From a cyanobacterium endosymbiont of Rhopalodia gibba (GTDB lineage Bacteria > Cyanobacteriota > Cyanobacteriia > Cyanobacteriales > Microcystaceae): a stretch of DNA of 64,000 nucleotides. The stretch lies in contig CP067995.1 of the NCBI GenBank assembly GCA_045159875.1, forward strand, positions 2,528,001 through 2,592,000, given 5' to 3'. Below are positions 10,991 through 23,066 of this stretch, piece by piece; the stretch's first letter is position 1, and every line of letters begins with the position of its first letter. A program made the translations under genes and the position numbers. Under the pieces are notes generated by a model that worked only from the letters and a program-made list of their open reading frames with translations, had not been told where the DNA came from and did not search any database.

Positions 10991-11696
10991 TAACAGCTTT
11001 AGATAATGTAGAAAAGATGTTTAAAGATTCAGCTGAAAAATTATCAATAAAAACTCAGGATTTAAAACAGTTATAAATTTATTTTAATTGTTTAATTAAA
11101 GAAAAATTAAGTCGTATTCTATTTGTTTTAAAAAAAACATGAAAAATTATATAAAAAATAACTCTTTGGATCTAAATTAAAAATACAAAAATATTAAAGT
11201 ATTTATTAAAGTTTAAAATACTGATTTTTAATATAATTAAATGTATTTGTCAATAACAATGAGCTCTCAAAAAAAGAAGAAGAATCTAGGCAAAATTAAA
11301 TATACAAATTATTCTGAATGATCTAAAAAATAAACCAGTTAGGAGAATAATTTAGAACAGTTATTCGGAACAACCTGACTTTTTCAGGACTATTGAAGTT
11401 AGCTAATTTATGTAAAAAATATTTATTTTTTCCGATATTTAGTAACTAAACTAAAAAAATATTGTTTATTTTAACGCAAAGTTTTTTGACTTAGTATTTC
11501 ACTAGTTAACTCAACATTATCGGTGCAGTAAAACGGTAAAAAGCGCAAAAAGTAAACGTTAAAGCAAACAATATTTACGAATATCAAATACCTTAATCTG
11601 TAGTCTTAGGTATAAAAATATTGAACTCGTGGGAAAACCACCATCTACATACTATACTATTGTTTTGCTTCAAAACGGCAGGAGTTTAGAGTCTCT

Positions 11697-13169
11697 ATGA
11701 GTACAATCGATTGGGTCATTATTCTAGTTTATGCAATGGTTGTACTCGGAATTGGAATTGCGGCAAGCCGAAAACCAAATAACACCGATGAATATTTTCG
11801 AGGATCACGGCAACTCCCTTGGTGGGCAATTGGACTGTCAATTGTTGCTACATCTTTTTCAGCAGCTTCACTTCTTGGAGGTCCTGGAGAAGGATATAAT
11901 CATGGTTTTTTATATCTTCAACTTCAGTTAGGTGATTTGATTGGTTACGGCCTAGTTATCTTCCTATTTCTACCATTTTTTGTTCGACTTAATTTAACCA
12001 CTGCCTATGAATACCTTGAGAAACGTTTCGATGCAAAAACACGCTCTCTAGGTTCGTTGTGTTTTCTTCTATTTGTCATCGCTCGGTTAGGGGGGCTTTT
12101 ATATGCTGCATCCCTAGTGGTTTCAAGAGTTACGGGGTTTTCACTGTATGTTTCGATATTACTCGTCGGCATTGTATCGGTGGTCTACACTATAGCCGGA
12201 GGAATGACGGCAGTCGTTTGGACTGACGTGCTTCAGTTTTTCATGATTTTTGTAGGTTTAGTCGCCGGAATTTGGACAATTGTATCAAGTGTATCTGGTG
12301 GATTTTGGCAACTTTGGCGTGTCGCAGAAGAAGGAGGAAAACTCGCTGTAGTCAATCTATCCTGGGAATTAAAATCAATCCGTTCTTTACCAACAGCTTT
12401 ATGCGCTTATGGAGTATTGGCTTTTGCTGTGGCAGGAACAAATCAACAATCTGTTCAACGTTATGTTTCGTGCGCTGATCTTACCTCGGCACGTAAGGCA
12501 ATTTTGTTTGGATGGGTTTCCGGTTTTGTCGGCGTAGCTGCCACTCTTTTGCTTGGAGTTTTGTTGTTTGCGTTTTATTCCCTAAATGCCGGACTACCTG
12601 ATCATATTAAGCCCGATGAAATTCTATCCTATTTTATTGTTCATCAAGTTCCACCAGGTGCTTCAGGATTTTTAGTCGCAGCCGTCTTTGCGGCGGCCAT
12701 GTCATCAATTGATTCTGCACTTCATTCTCTGGCTACCTGCATGACGGTTGACTTTTATCAGCGTTACTCCAGGTCAAAACCCAGTGAGTCTCAATCCTTG
12801 AAGGTAGCTCAGGGTTTGATCTTAATTTTGGGTATTCTTGGTATTCTTTTGGCGTTTTATGTCGCTTCAACAGGAGAATCTTTACTTCCGTTTCTAATAA
12901 AATATACTGCTATGTTTTTGGGTCCATTACTGGGAATTTTTTTCATGGGAGTTCTTTTTTCTCGTGTTAATGCAACAGGAGCATTTTACGGAACGATTGC
13001 TTCAGTTGCTCTTCTTGCGACTAGTTCAACCTTGAAATGGTTTAGCTTTCCAGGAATTTGGCAATCTGCAATTGCGGCTCCCCTTGCGGTTACATTAGGT
13101 TTGGTAATTTCTTTATTAGGTCAACGGCCGGCAAACAATTCGCTTAAAGGGCTTACCCTTTGGACTTAA
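11697..13169 (+). CDS. Sodium:solute symporter (SSS family)
   Basis: Motifs EYFRGSRQLPWWAIGLSIVAT, TAYEYLEKRFD, GGMTAVVWTDVLQ, QQSVQRY and FAAAMSSIDS; multiple TM helices; AGGAG RBS. Confidence 0.95.
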   Translation: MSTIDWVIILVYAMVVLGIGIAASRKPNNTDEYFRGSRQLPWWAIGLSIVATSFSAASLLGGPGEGYNHGFLYLQLQLGDLIGYGLVIFLFLPFFVRLNLTTAYEYLEKRFDAKTRSLGSLCFLLFVIARLGGLLYAASLVVSRVTGFSLYVSILLVGIVSVVYTIAGGMTAVVWTDVLQFFMIFVGLVAGIWTIVSSVSGGFWQLWRVAEEGGKLAVVNLSWELKSIRSLPTALCAYGVLAFAVAGTNQQSVQRYVSCADLTSARKAILFGWVSGFVGVAATLLLGVLLFAFYSLNAGLPDHIKPDEILSYFIVHQVPPGASGFLVAAVFAAAMSSIDSALHSLATCMTVDFYQRYSRSKPSESQSLKVAQGLILILGILGILLAFYVASTGESLLPFLIKYTAMFLGPLLGIFFMGVLFSRVNATGAFYGTIASVALLATSSTLKWFSFPGIWQSAIAAPLAVTLGLVISLLGQRPANNSLKGLTLWT

Positions 13170-13177
13170 TAAATAAT

Positions 13178-13210
13178 TACCCCGCTAATTTAACAAATTG
13201 GCGGGATAAG
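13178..13210. terminator. Probable bidirectional terminator between the SSS transporter and ftsH
   Basis: cccgctaattt / aaattggcggg stem between convergent genes. Confidence 0.6.
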
Positions 13211-13244
13211 AAGATGAAATTGCTAAGAGGTTAAACCATAGATT

Positions 13245-15095
13245 TTAAGCCAACGCAGCCATTTTTATCTCATTGCTGCTTAAAATACTCTGTAGTTCTT
13301 CGGCATCGACGGTTTCTTTCTCTACTAACATCTCAGCCAATTTGTCAAGAATATGACGGTTATTTACTAGGACATCCTTAGCTCGTATATAAGCATTGTC
13401 AACTAACTGACGAACTTCTTCATCGATCGCGGCAGCCGTTTTATCAGAAAAGTCTCGATCAGAAGCAATGTCACGACCCAAAAAAACATTACCATTCTGC
13501 CGACCCAAAGCCACAGGTCCAAGACGATCACTCATTCCAAAACGAGACACCATTTGACGGGCAACCCGCGCTACCTGTTGAAGGTCATTAGAAGCACCAG
13601 TAGTCACTTCTTCTTCTCCAAAGATAATCTCTTCTGCCACACGACCTCCTAAAGCTACGGCCATCTGATTTTGGAGATATGAACGGGAATACAAGCCTGA
13701 CTCCATACGATCTTCACTAGGAGTGAACCAGGTCAATCCGCCAGCGCGACCACGGGGAATAATGCTAATTTTCTGCACGGGATCATAGTCAGGCATTAAC
13801 GCCCCCACCAAAGCATGACCGGCTTCATGGTAGGCCACAAGGGTTTTACGTTTTTCACTCATAACACGGTTTTTCTTCTCAGGACCAGCTAATACACGAT
13901 CAATAGCATCATTAACTTCATCCATAGAAATTTCCGTTAAATTCCGACGGGCAGCCAGAATAGCAGCTTCATTTAAAAGGTTAGACAGGTCAGCTCCTGT
14001 AAACCCAGGACTACGACGGGCAATTTTATCGAGATCAACGTCTTTAGATAAGGTCTTACCACGGGCGTGTACCTTGAGAATGTCTTTACGACCTGCATAG
14101 TCAGGACGATCAACCACGACCTGACGGTCAAAACGACCCGGACGTAATAAAGCCGCATCGAGGACGTCGGGACGGTTCGTAGCAGCAACTATGATTATAC
14201 CTGTATTTCCTTCAAAACCATCCATTTCTGTGAGCAATTGGTTGAGAGTTTGTTCCCGTTCATCGTTACCACCGCCTAAACCGGCACCTCGTTGACGACC
14301 AACGGCATCAATTTCATCTATGAAGACGATACAAGGGGCGTTGGCTTTTGCTTGTTCAAAAAGATCTCGAACACGAGATGCCCCAACACCAACAAACATT
14401 TCTACAAATTCTGACCCAGAAATAGAAAAAAAAGGAACACCAGCTTCTCCAGCTACTGCCCTAGCTAAAAGAGTCTTACCGGTTCCAGGAGGTCCAACCA
14501 GAAGAACTCCTTTAGGAATTTTTGCCCCGATAGCAGTAAAGCGATCAGCATTTTTCAAGAAGTCCACGACTTCAGCTAATTCTAATTTAGCCTGTTCAAT
14601 ACCAGCTACATCTCCAAAGGTAACTTGGGTTTGAGGTTCCATTAATACCCGCGCTTTAGACTTACCAAAGTTCATTGCTTGAGAACCAGGTCCACTTTGG
14701 GCTCGACGGAGTAATAGGAAAAGTCCTACTAACAATAAAATAGGAAGGAATAGACTACTAGCTACCCGAAACCATAGTCCTTCATCACTTTGAGGCTGAA
14801 CGGCAATATCGACATTATTTCGGATCAAAATATTAATTAAGTCAGGATCGTTTGGAAGGTTAACCAATAAAGGTGCGCCACCATTCGAGTTAGGAACTCT
14901 TGCTTCAGTGCGATCAGCACTTAAAGTCACCCGTGTAATTTTATTATTTTCAACTTTCTTAATAAACTCACTATAGGTAAGAGGTTCCCGACTTTGAGGT
15001 TGTTGATCAAAAAATGCAGAAGCTAAGGCCAGTACCACAATTAACAATAGTGCGTATAGTCCAGCATTACGCCATTTTTTATTATTTTTCTTCAC
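13245..15095 (-). CDS. ftsH3: ATP-dependent zinc metalloprotease FtsH (FtsH3 type)
   Basis: Walker [18 protein letters not shown] motif and HEAGH; the N-terminus [13 protein letters not shown] is typical of cyanobacterial FtsH3. Confidence 0.95.
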   Translation of the reverse strand: MKKNNKKWRNAGLYALLLIVVLALASAFFDQQPQSREPLTYSEFIKKVENNKITRVTLSADRTEARVPNSNGGAPLLVNLPNDPDLINILIRNNVDIAVQPQSDEGLWFRVASSLFLPILLLVGLFLLLRRAQSGPGSQAMNFGKSKARVLMEPQTQVTFGDVAGIEQAKLELAEVVDFLKNADRFTAIGAKIPKGVLLVGPPGTGKTLLARAVAGEAGVPFFSISGSEFVEMFVGVGASRVRDLFEQAKANAPCIVFIDEIDAVGRQRGAGLGGGNDEREQTLNQLLTEMDGFEGNTGIIIVAATNRPDVLDAALLRPGRFDRQVVVDRPDYAGRKDILKVHARGKTLSKDVDLDKIARRSPGFTGADLSNLLNEAAILAARRNLTEISMDEVNDAIDRVLAGPEKKNRVMSEKRKTLVAYHEAGHALVGALMPDYDPVQKISIIPRGRAGGLTWFTPSEDRMESGLYSRSYLQNQMAVALGGRVAEEIIFGEEEVTTGASNDLQQVARVARQMVSRFGMSDRLGPVALGRQNGNVFLGRDIASDRDFSDKTAAAIDEEVRQLVDNAYIRAKDVLVNNRHILDKLAEMLVEKETVDAEELQSILSSNEIKMAALA

Positions 15096-16212
15096 GCTGT
15101 AAGCCTCCTAGATGAGGGTAAGGGAATCGTTGATTTTTGAATGTCCACCAAGGTATTATCTGAATAATACTGGTAGCAATGTTAGAAAACATTCCCGGAA
15201 GATAAACATTTGTTAATTTATGTTAATCCTTTTCTGGAAGAATTTCCCAATAGATCCTGTTTTGAGTCTAACCAAAAATCTAGTTTAAGTCGCCAATCAC
15301 TGCTGGTATCTACAGTTTTAACCTAGATTTTTTTCTCTCTGTGAACGAGCCTGTAGTCACCCTTTGTTTTTTTAACAGATTAGGCGTGGCATCTAAAAAT
15401 ATATCCCTGACGTTGCTAAAGGCTATTTCCCATCATATACAAGGCAGCTCGTAAAGTTGTCTCTCTTTGATGGCTTTTACCAGCCAATAGATGCGGTCAA
15501 TCTTTGTATCTAAAATCACGCAGAAGCTTTCAATGGAAAGCACTATACCTAAATTAAAGAAATGATTTTAAGTTTTTCCGTTCATTTGTGAACTATATAG
15601 CTGTTGTTTATTTGAAAAAAATAAGCTAAATATTTGCCAACTAACTATATTAGAACAAACATGAATAGCGTTAATTATTGGGACCAAATATTAGGCAATA
15701 AACTTGATTAACTTGATATTAAAATCATACAATATTAGTTTTCAATGGTTGTGATAACTTCTTATTTTTATCCAGAAAACATTAAAATGATAGAGTAATA
15801 TCGAAGTAAATATTTTTTTTAGCGTAAGCATAGTAAATTATATATAGATGTAAGACTTTTAACCTCATTTAGTCTTTAATTTATCCCAAATCAGTATTTA
15901 CTAAAAAAATAGTGAAATCTTTTCTTATCTTCACGTCTAAATTAATTTTTGTGAAAATTATATTGTACATAACATTAATAATCTTTTGTAAAATGTTAAT
16001 ATTTATTAATTTTTTCTATTTTACTTTGGTTTTTAATTCACGAGAATAAATCAGTAAAGCACTTAGTTTCTTGATATTTAGTTAAGGTTTTAAGAACACC
16101 AATTTAATACTTAGTCATCCCTCATATGAGGATTATCAATAAATTAGTTAACAGTAATAATTTTAACTATTTTATTTGAGTTGAAACTTCGTTACATTCC
16201 TTGTTTAAATAG

Positions 16213-16309
16213 ATACATATAAAAATTTTTTATAAAATTTTTTTATATGTATGATGTAAATTAAGGTAAAACAATTAATATTATTAAATATTTTACCTTA
16301 ATTTACATC
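16213..16309. repeat. Two abutting perfect inverted repeats (13-bp and 19-bp arms)
   Basis: atacatataaaaa/tttttatatgtat (16213-16252) and gatgtaaattaaggtaaaa/ttttaccttaatttacatc (16253-16309). Confidence 0.9.
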
Positions 16310-16750
16310 TCTAAACCTATAAAATTAAGACAACAATAGTTCACATTTTCTCTAGATTTATAATCATAATTATATCTAAGATATTAAAGAGGTATTATTT
16401 AATATGATTCAAATATAAAGTCAAACTCAACAAGAATAGAATTCTGCTTTTTATCCTTCATTTTCTAGAGCAGATAGGTGCTCATAATTAGTGATTATTT
16501 TTAATAAATTAATTGATCGTAGTGTTTATTACTTAAGTTTTAATAAACTTAAGTAAAATATAGTAAAAGTAAAAAAAAAGATACATCAACTAACTTTATA
16601 TAATAACTACAATATTTATTTTAAACATCAATAGAAGATTTAAATCTCAAAAAACTTTAATTACCGTATTTTAAAACAACAAGTTTTGCCCAGTGATAGA
16701 GAACACTCTTCTTCTATTCTTAAGACTCATTCTACATTTTAACTCTTAAT

Positions 16751-16794
16751 AAAACATATTAAAAATATCCTTATATCTATTTTTAATATGTTTT
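16751..16794. repeat. Perfect inverted repeat, 17-bp arms
   Basis: aaaacatattaaaaata / tatttttaatatgtttt. Confidence 0.85.
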
Positions 16795-17450
16795 TATTAT
16801 TGAATGTCTATAAATAGAATAACTATATTTTTACTTTATATCCAGATATTTTTTTATCAAATCTTTGTTATGCTGTTTAATTAAACTTTCTTATTCTATC
16901 CTAGAGAAAGCAAATTTTAAACTTAATATTTAAATTATTTATAGTTTAAATATTAAAAACATAAAAACTGATTAATTATTTTTGATAATAACACAAAAAA
17001 GATTGTAAGCTTTTGACTGTATCAAAAATTTTACTTAAATAATCAAGTTATTATTAAGATAATTTATTATTTATTTTCTACTAAGAAAATAGTTTTTTTG
17101 TGTTAATATAAGCTTGTTAATTATAGATAAAATATAATTTTTATTGCTTTATTGAGATAGCCAATTTTTTATAATTTGGTGACAATAGTGATTAAGTGTT
17201 AAAGGTAAAAACTATAAGAAACTTTCTAAGTCAACTTCAACATTGAGGTAGATTCATAGAATCTTCTTTTCGCAAAATCTAACCCGCCCATTACGTCGCA
17301 ATAAGGACCAAAACTGGGTATAGTATTGGTGCGACTTGACTAATTAACCAAATGGTTAGATATCTTAAGTATTCTGTCTGCAAAATTGCTGATTAGACAA
17401 ATTACTCGAGATAATTTCCTTAATTTATTCTTGAAATTCTAAAAAATCCC

Positions 17451-19397
17451 ATGAAATCCTCAACATTAACCTCTTTCGGTTCTTGGAAATCGCCTATAAG
17501 TACGGATCTGATCATCTCTAGAAGTATCGAACTAGGGGAAGTAACTTTCGATAATGAGGATATTTACTGGTTAGAATCAAGAGCAACAGAAGGGGGACGC
17601 AATGTTCTCATTAAACGTAGTGCTGATGGCCAAATCACAGATCAAACTCCTCAATTATTCAATGTGTATACTCGTGTTCATGAATATGGGGGGGGAGCAT
17701 TTTTGATTGTTGAAGGAACTATTTATTTCGTTAATTTCAAAGATCAACGCATCTATAAACAGTCACCCAATAGTGACCCTGAACCTCTAACTCCGGAAAA
17801 TCAATGCCGCTATGCTGATTTTATCCTAGATTGTTCCAATAATCGTTTAATTAGTGTATGTGAAGATCACAGCAATCTAGAAATAGAACCAGAAAATACC
17901 CTAGTCAGCATCGATCTCAACACAGGTGAGATTAATACTATAGTTTCTGGACATGATTTTTATTCGAGTCCTCGTCTGAGTCATGATGGAACTAATCTTG
18001 CTTGGATTAGTTGGAATCATCCTAATTTACCCTGGGACAGAACAGAATTATGGTTAGCCGATTTGGATAAAAATGGTTCTTTAGGACAACCGATGAGGAT
18101 TGCGGGAAGTTGTGATGAGTCGATCTGCGAACCCCGATGGTCTTCCGACGGCCAATTATATTTTTCCAGTGATCGCACGGGATGGTGGAATCTATACCGT
18201 TATACCCAAAAAGGGGAAGTTGTTCCTCTGTTTCCTCTAAATGGAGAATTTGCTTGTCCCCATTGGGTGTTTGGTCTATCTACTTATGCGTTTATTTCGG
18301 ACAATATCTTAGTTTGTACCTTCTGCCAACAAGGACAGTGGAATTTAGCTACTTTGGATATTGAAAAAAAACAGTTAACGCTCTTAGAAATTCCCTATAC
18401 CAATATAGCCTCAATACAAGCAAAAGACCATCAAGTTGTCTTCACTGGAGGATGTCCTACCAAACCCACAGCAATCGTTTATTTAAACCTAAAAACCGGC
18501 AAAAGAAATATTCTTAAACAATCTAATGACCTAGATATCGATGCCGGTTATTTATCTACCCCTGAAATGATTGTTTTTCCTACCGAAAATGGGTTGACTT
18601 CTTATGGTTGGTACTATCCCCCCAAGAACAAAGATTACATCTTCTTTAATGGAGAATTGCCTCCTCTATTAGTCAAAAGTCATGGGGGTCCCACAGCCTG
18701 TGCATCTTCTAGCTTTAATTTACGGATTCAATATTGGACAAGTAGGGGATTTGGTTATCTCGACGTTAATTATGGAGGAAGTACGGGGTTTGGGCGAGAA
18801 TATCGTCAACGGTTAGATGGTAATTGGGGAATTGTGGATGTGGATGATTGTATTAATGGGGCTAAATATTTAGTAGAACAAGGATTGGTTGATAGTGAAC
18901 GTCTAGCTATTTCTGGGGGAAGTGCTGGGGGATATACTACCCTTGCTGCGTTGACTTTTCGGGATACTTTTAAAGCTGGAGCAAGTTACTATGGGATCGG
19001 TGATTTAGAAGCATTGACCAAAGACACTCATAAATTTGAGAGTCGTTATTTAGACCGATTAATTGGAAAATATCCTGAAGAAAAAGCCATTTATCAAAAG
19101 CGATCGCCCATTCATTTTACTGAGTGTTTGAACTGTCCTGTTATTTTCTTTCAAGGATTAGAAGATAAGGTCGTCCCGCCCTCCCAAGCACAAATGATGG
19201 TAGATGCTATTAAGGAAAAAGGACTGCCAGTTGCTTATCTTCCCTTTGAAGAAGAACAACACGGATTTCGTCGCGCAGAAAATATTAAACGGGCTTTAGA
19301 TGGAGAATTTTATTTTTACTCTCGAATTTTTAGCTTTGAACCTGCAGACAAGTTAGAACCAATCGAGATTATTAATCTAGTAGGAGACATGAGTTAA
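17451..19397 (+). CDS. S9-family peptidase (acylaminoacyl/dipeptidyl peptidase-like)
   Basis: HGGP, GGSAGGY nucleophile elbow, FQGLEDKVVP and EQHGF catalytic triad motifs. Confidence 0.93.
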   Translation: MKSSTLTSFGSWKSPISTDLIISRSIELGEVTFDNEDIYWLESRATEGGRNVLIKRSADGQITDQTPQLFNVYTRVHEYGGGAFLIVEGTIYFVNFKDQRIYKQSPNSDPEPLTPENQCRYADFILDCSNNRLISVCEDHSNLEIEPENTLVSIDLNTGEINTIVSGHDFYSSPRLSHDGTNLAWISWNHPNLPWDRTELWLADLDKNGSLGQPMRIAGSCDESICEPRWSSDGQLYFSSDRTGWWNLYRYTQKGEVVPLFPLNGEFACPHWVFGLSTYAFISDNILVCTFCQQGQWNLATLDIEKKQLTLLEIPYTNIASIQAKDHQVVFTGGCPTKPTAIVYLNLKTGKRNILKQSNDLDIDAGYLSTPEMIVFPTENGLTSYGWYYPPKNKDYIFFNGELPPLLVKSHGGPTACASSSFNLRIQYWTSRGFGYLDVNYGGSTGFGREYRQRLDGNWGIVDVDDCINGAKYLVEQGLVDSERLAISGGSAGGYTTLAALTFRDTFKAGASYYGIGDLEALTKDTHKFESRYLDRLIGKYPEEKAIYQKRSPIHFTECLNCPVIFFQGLEDKVVPPSQAQMMVDAIKEKGLPVAYLPFEEEQHGFRRAENIKRALDGEFYFYSRIFSFEPADKLEPIEIINLVGDMS

Positions 19398-19408
19398 AAT
19401 CCTTGACT

Positions 19409-19790
19409 ATGTTAAGAGTTTTTGTTGACGGGATCTTAAAATTCAAAAGAGTCTAACCATTCTATTTACTGTCCAAATAACATGACAGAGGGATAAAGTC
19501 CTCCATGAGTAGAGAACCTTATCGTCTGAATTTAGATTATCCTACAATTGACTTTTTGGTTTTTGGGACCAAACAAAACTACAAGCAGTTAGATACTTTA
19601 ACTTCAGAAGTATATAAGCATGGAAGATCACCTTAAAACAAAATAATGAATATCTCCGACTATCATTTTTTGTCCATTTTTTTGCCGAAAATCCACTTAG
19701 AGAAGCTTGAAGCTAAGTTATGACCTTAGTTAGAAAAAGTCAGAAACTTAAGGGGACACTGATTTTATCAGGAGAGTTGACTGTACCCTT
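19409..19790 (+). pseudogene. Gamma-glutamylcyclotransferase-family pseudogene
   Basis: MLRVFVDGILK..ESNHSIYC resembles the GGCT start FVYGTLK.GE.N; later fragments NEYLR and EA*A*VMT. Confidence 0.55.
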
Positions 19791-19800
19791 TCCATAATTC

Positions 19801-20265
19801 TCATTGATTAGAGGAAGGAATGTCAACTACGGGACGATTTAAGGCGATAGTTAAGGGTTCTGCTTCTACATCAGCAAAATTACGAGACAGAGATTGTTTT
19901 TCTATGTAAAAATTATAAATAATTCCCATAACAACTGTTGCAATCACCACACCGCCCCATTGAATAAGTCGTTGGGTTTGGTTTTGACGATCAACTTTCT
20001 CAAAAACACTTTCAGATAACCGTTGAGATGAAACTGGACTTGGGGGAAACGGAATAGTGGGAATCTGCCGTTGTAGACGAGAAAGCTGGACATACAATTG
20101 ATTAAACTGAGGATCAGTATCAAGTAGTTGCTGTACTTGACGACGTTCTTTGGCTGTTACCTCCCCATCTAAATAGGCACTTAACAACTCAAAACGCTCA
20201 AACTGATCATTCATATCACCCGAATCGGCTGATTGCAAATGCTGTTGTTCAAAGTTAGACATCAT
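19801..20265 (-). CDS. Anti-sigma factor of SigG (zf-HC2-like N-terminus, single TM)
   Basis: RFELLSAYLDGEVT..ERRQVQQLL followed by a TM helix; lies directly downstream of an ECF sigma; GGAGAGG RBS before ATG 20265. Confidence 0.85.
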   Translation of the reverse strand: MMSNFEQQHLQSADSGDMNDQFERFELLSAYLDGEVTAKERRQVQQLLDTDPQFNQLYVQLSRLQRQIPTIPFPPSPVSSQRLSESVFEKVDRQNQTQRLIQWGGVVIATVVMGIIYNFYIEKQSLSRNFADVEAEPLTIALNRPVVDIPSSNQ

Positions 20266-20397
20266 GATATACCTCTCCAAGGAGCGAAACCAAATTAGTT
20301 GGCTGCGGAGACGGATGCTAATAATAGCATTGTCATGACACCCCTCACAGATTGCCAAAAGGGGCAATGGTTTAATAGTCTCGGCTCGTCTTTAATT

Positions 20398-21051
20398 TTA
20401 GTCTATATATTGCTGGAGAACTGATTGTAATTTTGTTCTCGCTCTAGCAATACGAGACTTGACCGTTCCGAGGGAGACCCCTGTCATTTGGGCAATTTCT
20501 TCGTAGGCCATGCCTTCGATTTCTCTTAGAACAATGGTTGTGCGAAATGCCTCTGGTAAATCGGCGATCGCTACTTTTAGCCGGTCGTAGAACTCACGAG
20601 TTGCCAAGTTATCGTCAGGACTGGGGTAATCGGACACAATGTCCCATTCAATCTCTCCGTCATCGACGCGCCGAGGAGCATCTAGGGAGATAGGATGACT
20701 AACCCGCTTACGTTTACGTAATTCATCATAAAATAAATTTGTGGCAATGCGACTTAACCAACCTCGAAATTTTACCGGTTCTTTCAGGCGTTTAATATTG
20801 CGATAAACCCTAATCCAAACTTCTTGGGCAAGATCTGCTCTATCTTGCCAATCAGGAGCAAGGTGATAGAGAATTCTATCTACATGAGACTGGTAACGAC
20901 TTAATAGCTCTGAAAATGCTATCCGGTCCGGTTTAAACCCTTCTTGACAGCTTAAAATTAGGTCGTAATTAGACAGTCGCTCTGGAGATAGATTGAGGGA
21001 AGCTCGTCTTCCTTGTGCTGTTGACCAGGATGCTGAAATTGCTTGACTCAT
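20398..21051 (-). CDS. sigG: ECF RNA polymerase sigma factor SigG
   Basis: DLAQEVWIRVYR, FRGWLSRIATNLFYDELRKRKR and YEEIAQMTGVSLGTVKSRIARAR; likely start MSQAIS at 21051. Confidence 0.92.
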   Translation of the reverse strand: MSQAISASWSTAQGRRASLNLSPERLSNYDLILSCQEGFKPDRIAFSELLSRYQSHVDRILYHLAPDWQDRADLAQEVWIRVYRNIKRLKEPVKFRGWLSRIATNLFYDELRKRKRVSHPISLDAPRRVDDGEIEWDIVSDYPSPDDNLATREFYDRLKVAIADLPEAFRTTIVLREIEGMAYEEIAQMTGVSLGTVKSRIARARTKLQSVLQQYID

Positions 21052-21365
21052 TAGGTTACCCGATGCGTGATTACTCCTCACATTAATCTTCTCAGGACGG
21101 ATTATTTAATTATAAGGTTCCCATTAACAATTATTTTTTTTAATCGAAAGCTAAGAATATTAGTAAAGTGGTCATCTTCTGAAAATATGCCTTTTTTAAA
21201 ATTGTTTTTTAGTCTTCAACAATTTTAAATTTAAGATGACATTTGATTACTTTAGCTAACTGTTCACAGATTAAGAGTTCAAAGTACTGGTGGTATAATA
21301 GGCGAAGTAACCGATTAAGAGCATAGGCTACAATATCCTCCATATAAAATTGAATTAAGATGTTA

Positions 21366-21408
21366 AATCTCAAATTTAGCCATGAATCATATGGCTAAAT
21401 TCGAGATT
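21366..21408. repeat. Inverted repeat, 18-bp arms with one mismatch
   Basis: aatctcaaatttagccat / atggctaaattcgagatt. Confidence 0.85.
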
Positions 21409-21779
21409 AATTGCTTTATAGCATTAACAGATTGTTTGTGATGCATAGCTATTACTTCTCTCATTAATCAAGACTTCCATAAATTATTCAAAGCGATGTA
21501 TTCTTCAAGAGATAGTTCTGCAATTGATTCACAAATACCTCCTACTTCTATTTTTATTGTTAAAGTGAGATTGCAATTTTTATACGACGCGTATTTAACC
21601 ATGTTTTGAGTGCTCATGTGCAAAAAAAAATATATCAGTTGTAATAACAAGATAACAACATAATATTAAAATTTAAAAGTCTATTTTTATAAAAAAATCA
21701 AGAATATAAAATTTTAATTTTGATCAAAAATAAGCTCTTATAGTCACTTTTTTATAAAAAATAAAAAATTTAATTTTTA

Positions 21780-22890
21780 CCAGTTAATAGTTATAGTTTT
21801 AGATTCTCAGTCTATAAAGGTTAAAATACTAAACTTGTCAGAAAATGTAAGGAAAAGCTTTTGAAAAATTAATCTGCTTCTAAAATTAGATGTATTCAAC
21901 TAAATCTGTCCGCAAAAAAAATATAATAAGAGGGAGATAACCTATATAAAAACGATATCTAACAAACTCTATTTAGATAAATATTTTCGTTTAAATAAAC
22001 GTAAAAAGTAATTACTTAAAAATAGTGAGCTCACTGTAGCAATCAATTTTAATTATAGTCTTATAGTAAAGACAGTCTCAAAAAAAATAAAAAAGGTAAA
22101 AATATAAATATCAAGAATAAAAATATGAAGTAAAAATAAAAAAAATAACTTATAAATTAAAATTTAGACCATTACATGAATAAATATAGACAGGAACGAA
22201 ATTAACTCGTTGGATAGAAAAAGAAAACTGTGTTGAAAAAGTTTGAGGATAGATAAGAATGGGATTACTTAAAAAGTTAGAATACTCTTATCTAAGTTCA
22301 GAACTAAAAACATAGAAATAAAAAGCCTCTTTAACAAAAGAATATTAAAAATTAACTTTTAAAGCTAAAAAAATAGAAAAAATATATCTCTAATCAGAAA
22401 TAAATATATATTTTTTTGATGAACCTAGAACAGAATTAAAGTCAATGAGAAAAAAGGTGTTGAGTACCATTATCAAATAATCAACTATTATGGTAAGTTA
22501 TAGCTGTAAATGATCATATATATATAAATATATCGTACTACTAACAAGAAAAATTTTATGGAATTATATTCCAAGAGTAGATACAAAACGGCTAAATTTA
22601 TTTAATGGACATTTTTTTCAAAGTATAGGGCTGTCGTAAAAAAGTTTAATTGATAGAAGATAATGACGGATGACATCATAGCTAAAGATATGAAAATTCT
22701 TTCAAGAATTATTAGAGAACATCTACTAGCTCAATTCAGAATAATTAAGTTAATAAAGAAATTGTAGATGTTAATAGATGAGCCTTAAGTTAATGAGTAA
22801 TTTTAAAAAATTAATGAGATAAAATAAAAAATTTGTAATTTAACTCATTTGAATTAATTAAACTTACTATATTTTTTGGGGAGAGTATGG
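21780..22890 (+). mobile_element. Highly decayed IS630-family element, copy A
   Basis: Colinear with 62550-63580 (e.g. aatagtgagctcactgtagcaatcaatt vs aatagtgtgctagctgtagcaataaatt); encodes FFDEPRTELK and LWNYIPRVDTKRLNL remnants. Confidence 0.75.
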
Positions 22891-23066
22891 CAACTAGCTC
22901 TAGTATTAGACATATTCACCGAGAATAGTCTAATGCTTAGATTGAACTGCTGTTATTCTAGTTAATTAGAAAGTAGAGAAACAGACAATCAGTAAGGGCT
23001 AAAGTACCCATTACTGATTCACGTCATTAATTTTAAGTTTGGTACTTTTGATATTCCTAAAATTTT

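Noticed and set aside
21468..21650. 60-aa ORF in an AT-rich spacer
   Set aside because: No RBS or motif; likely a chance ORF or an unidentifiable remnant.
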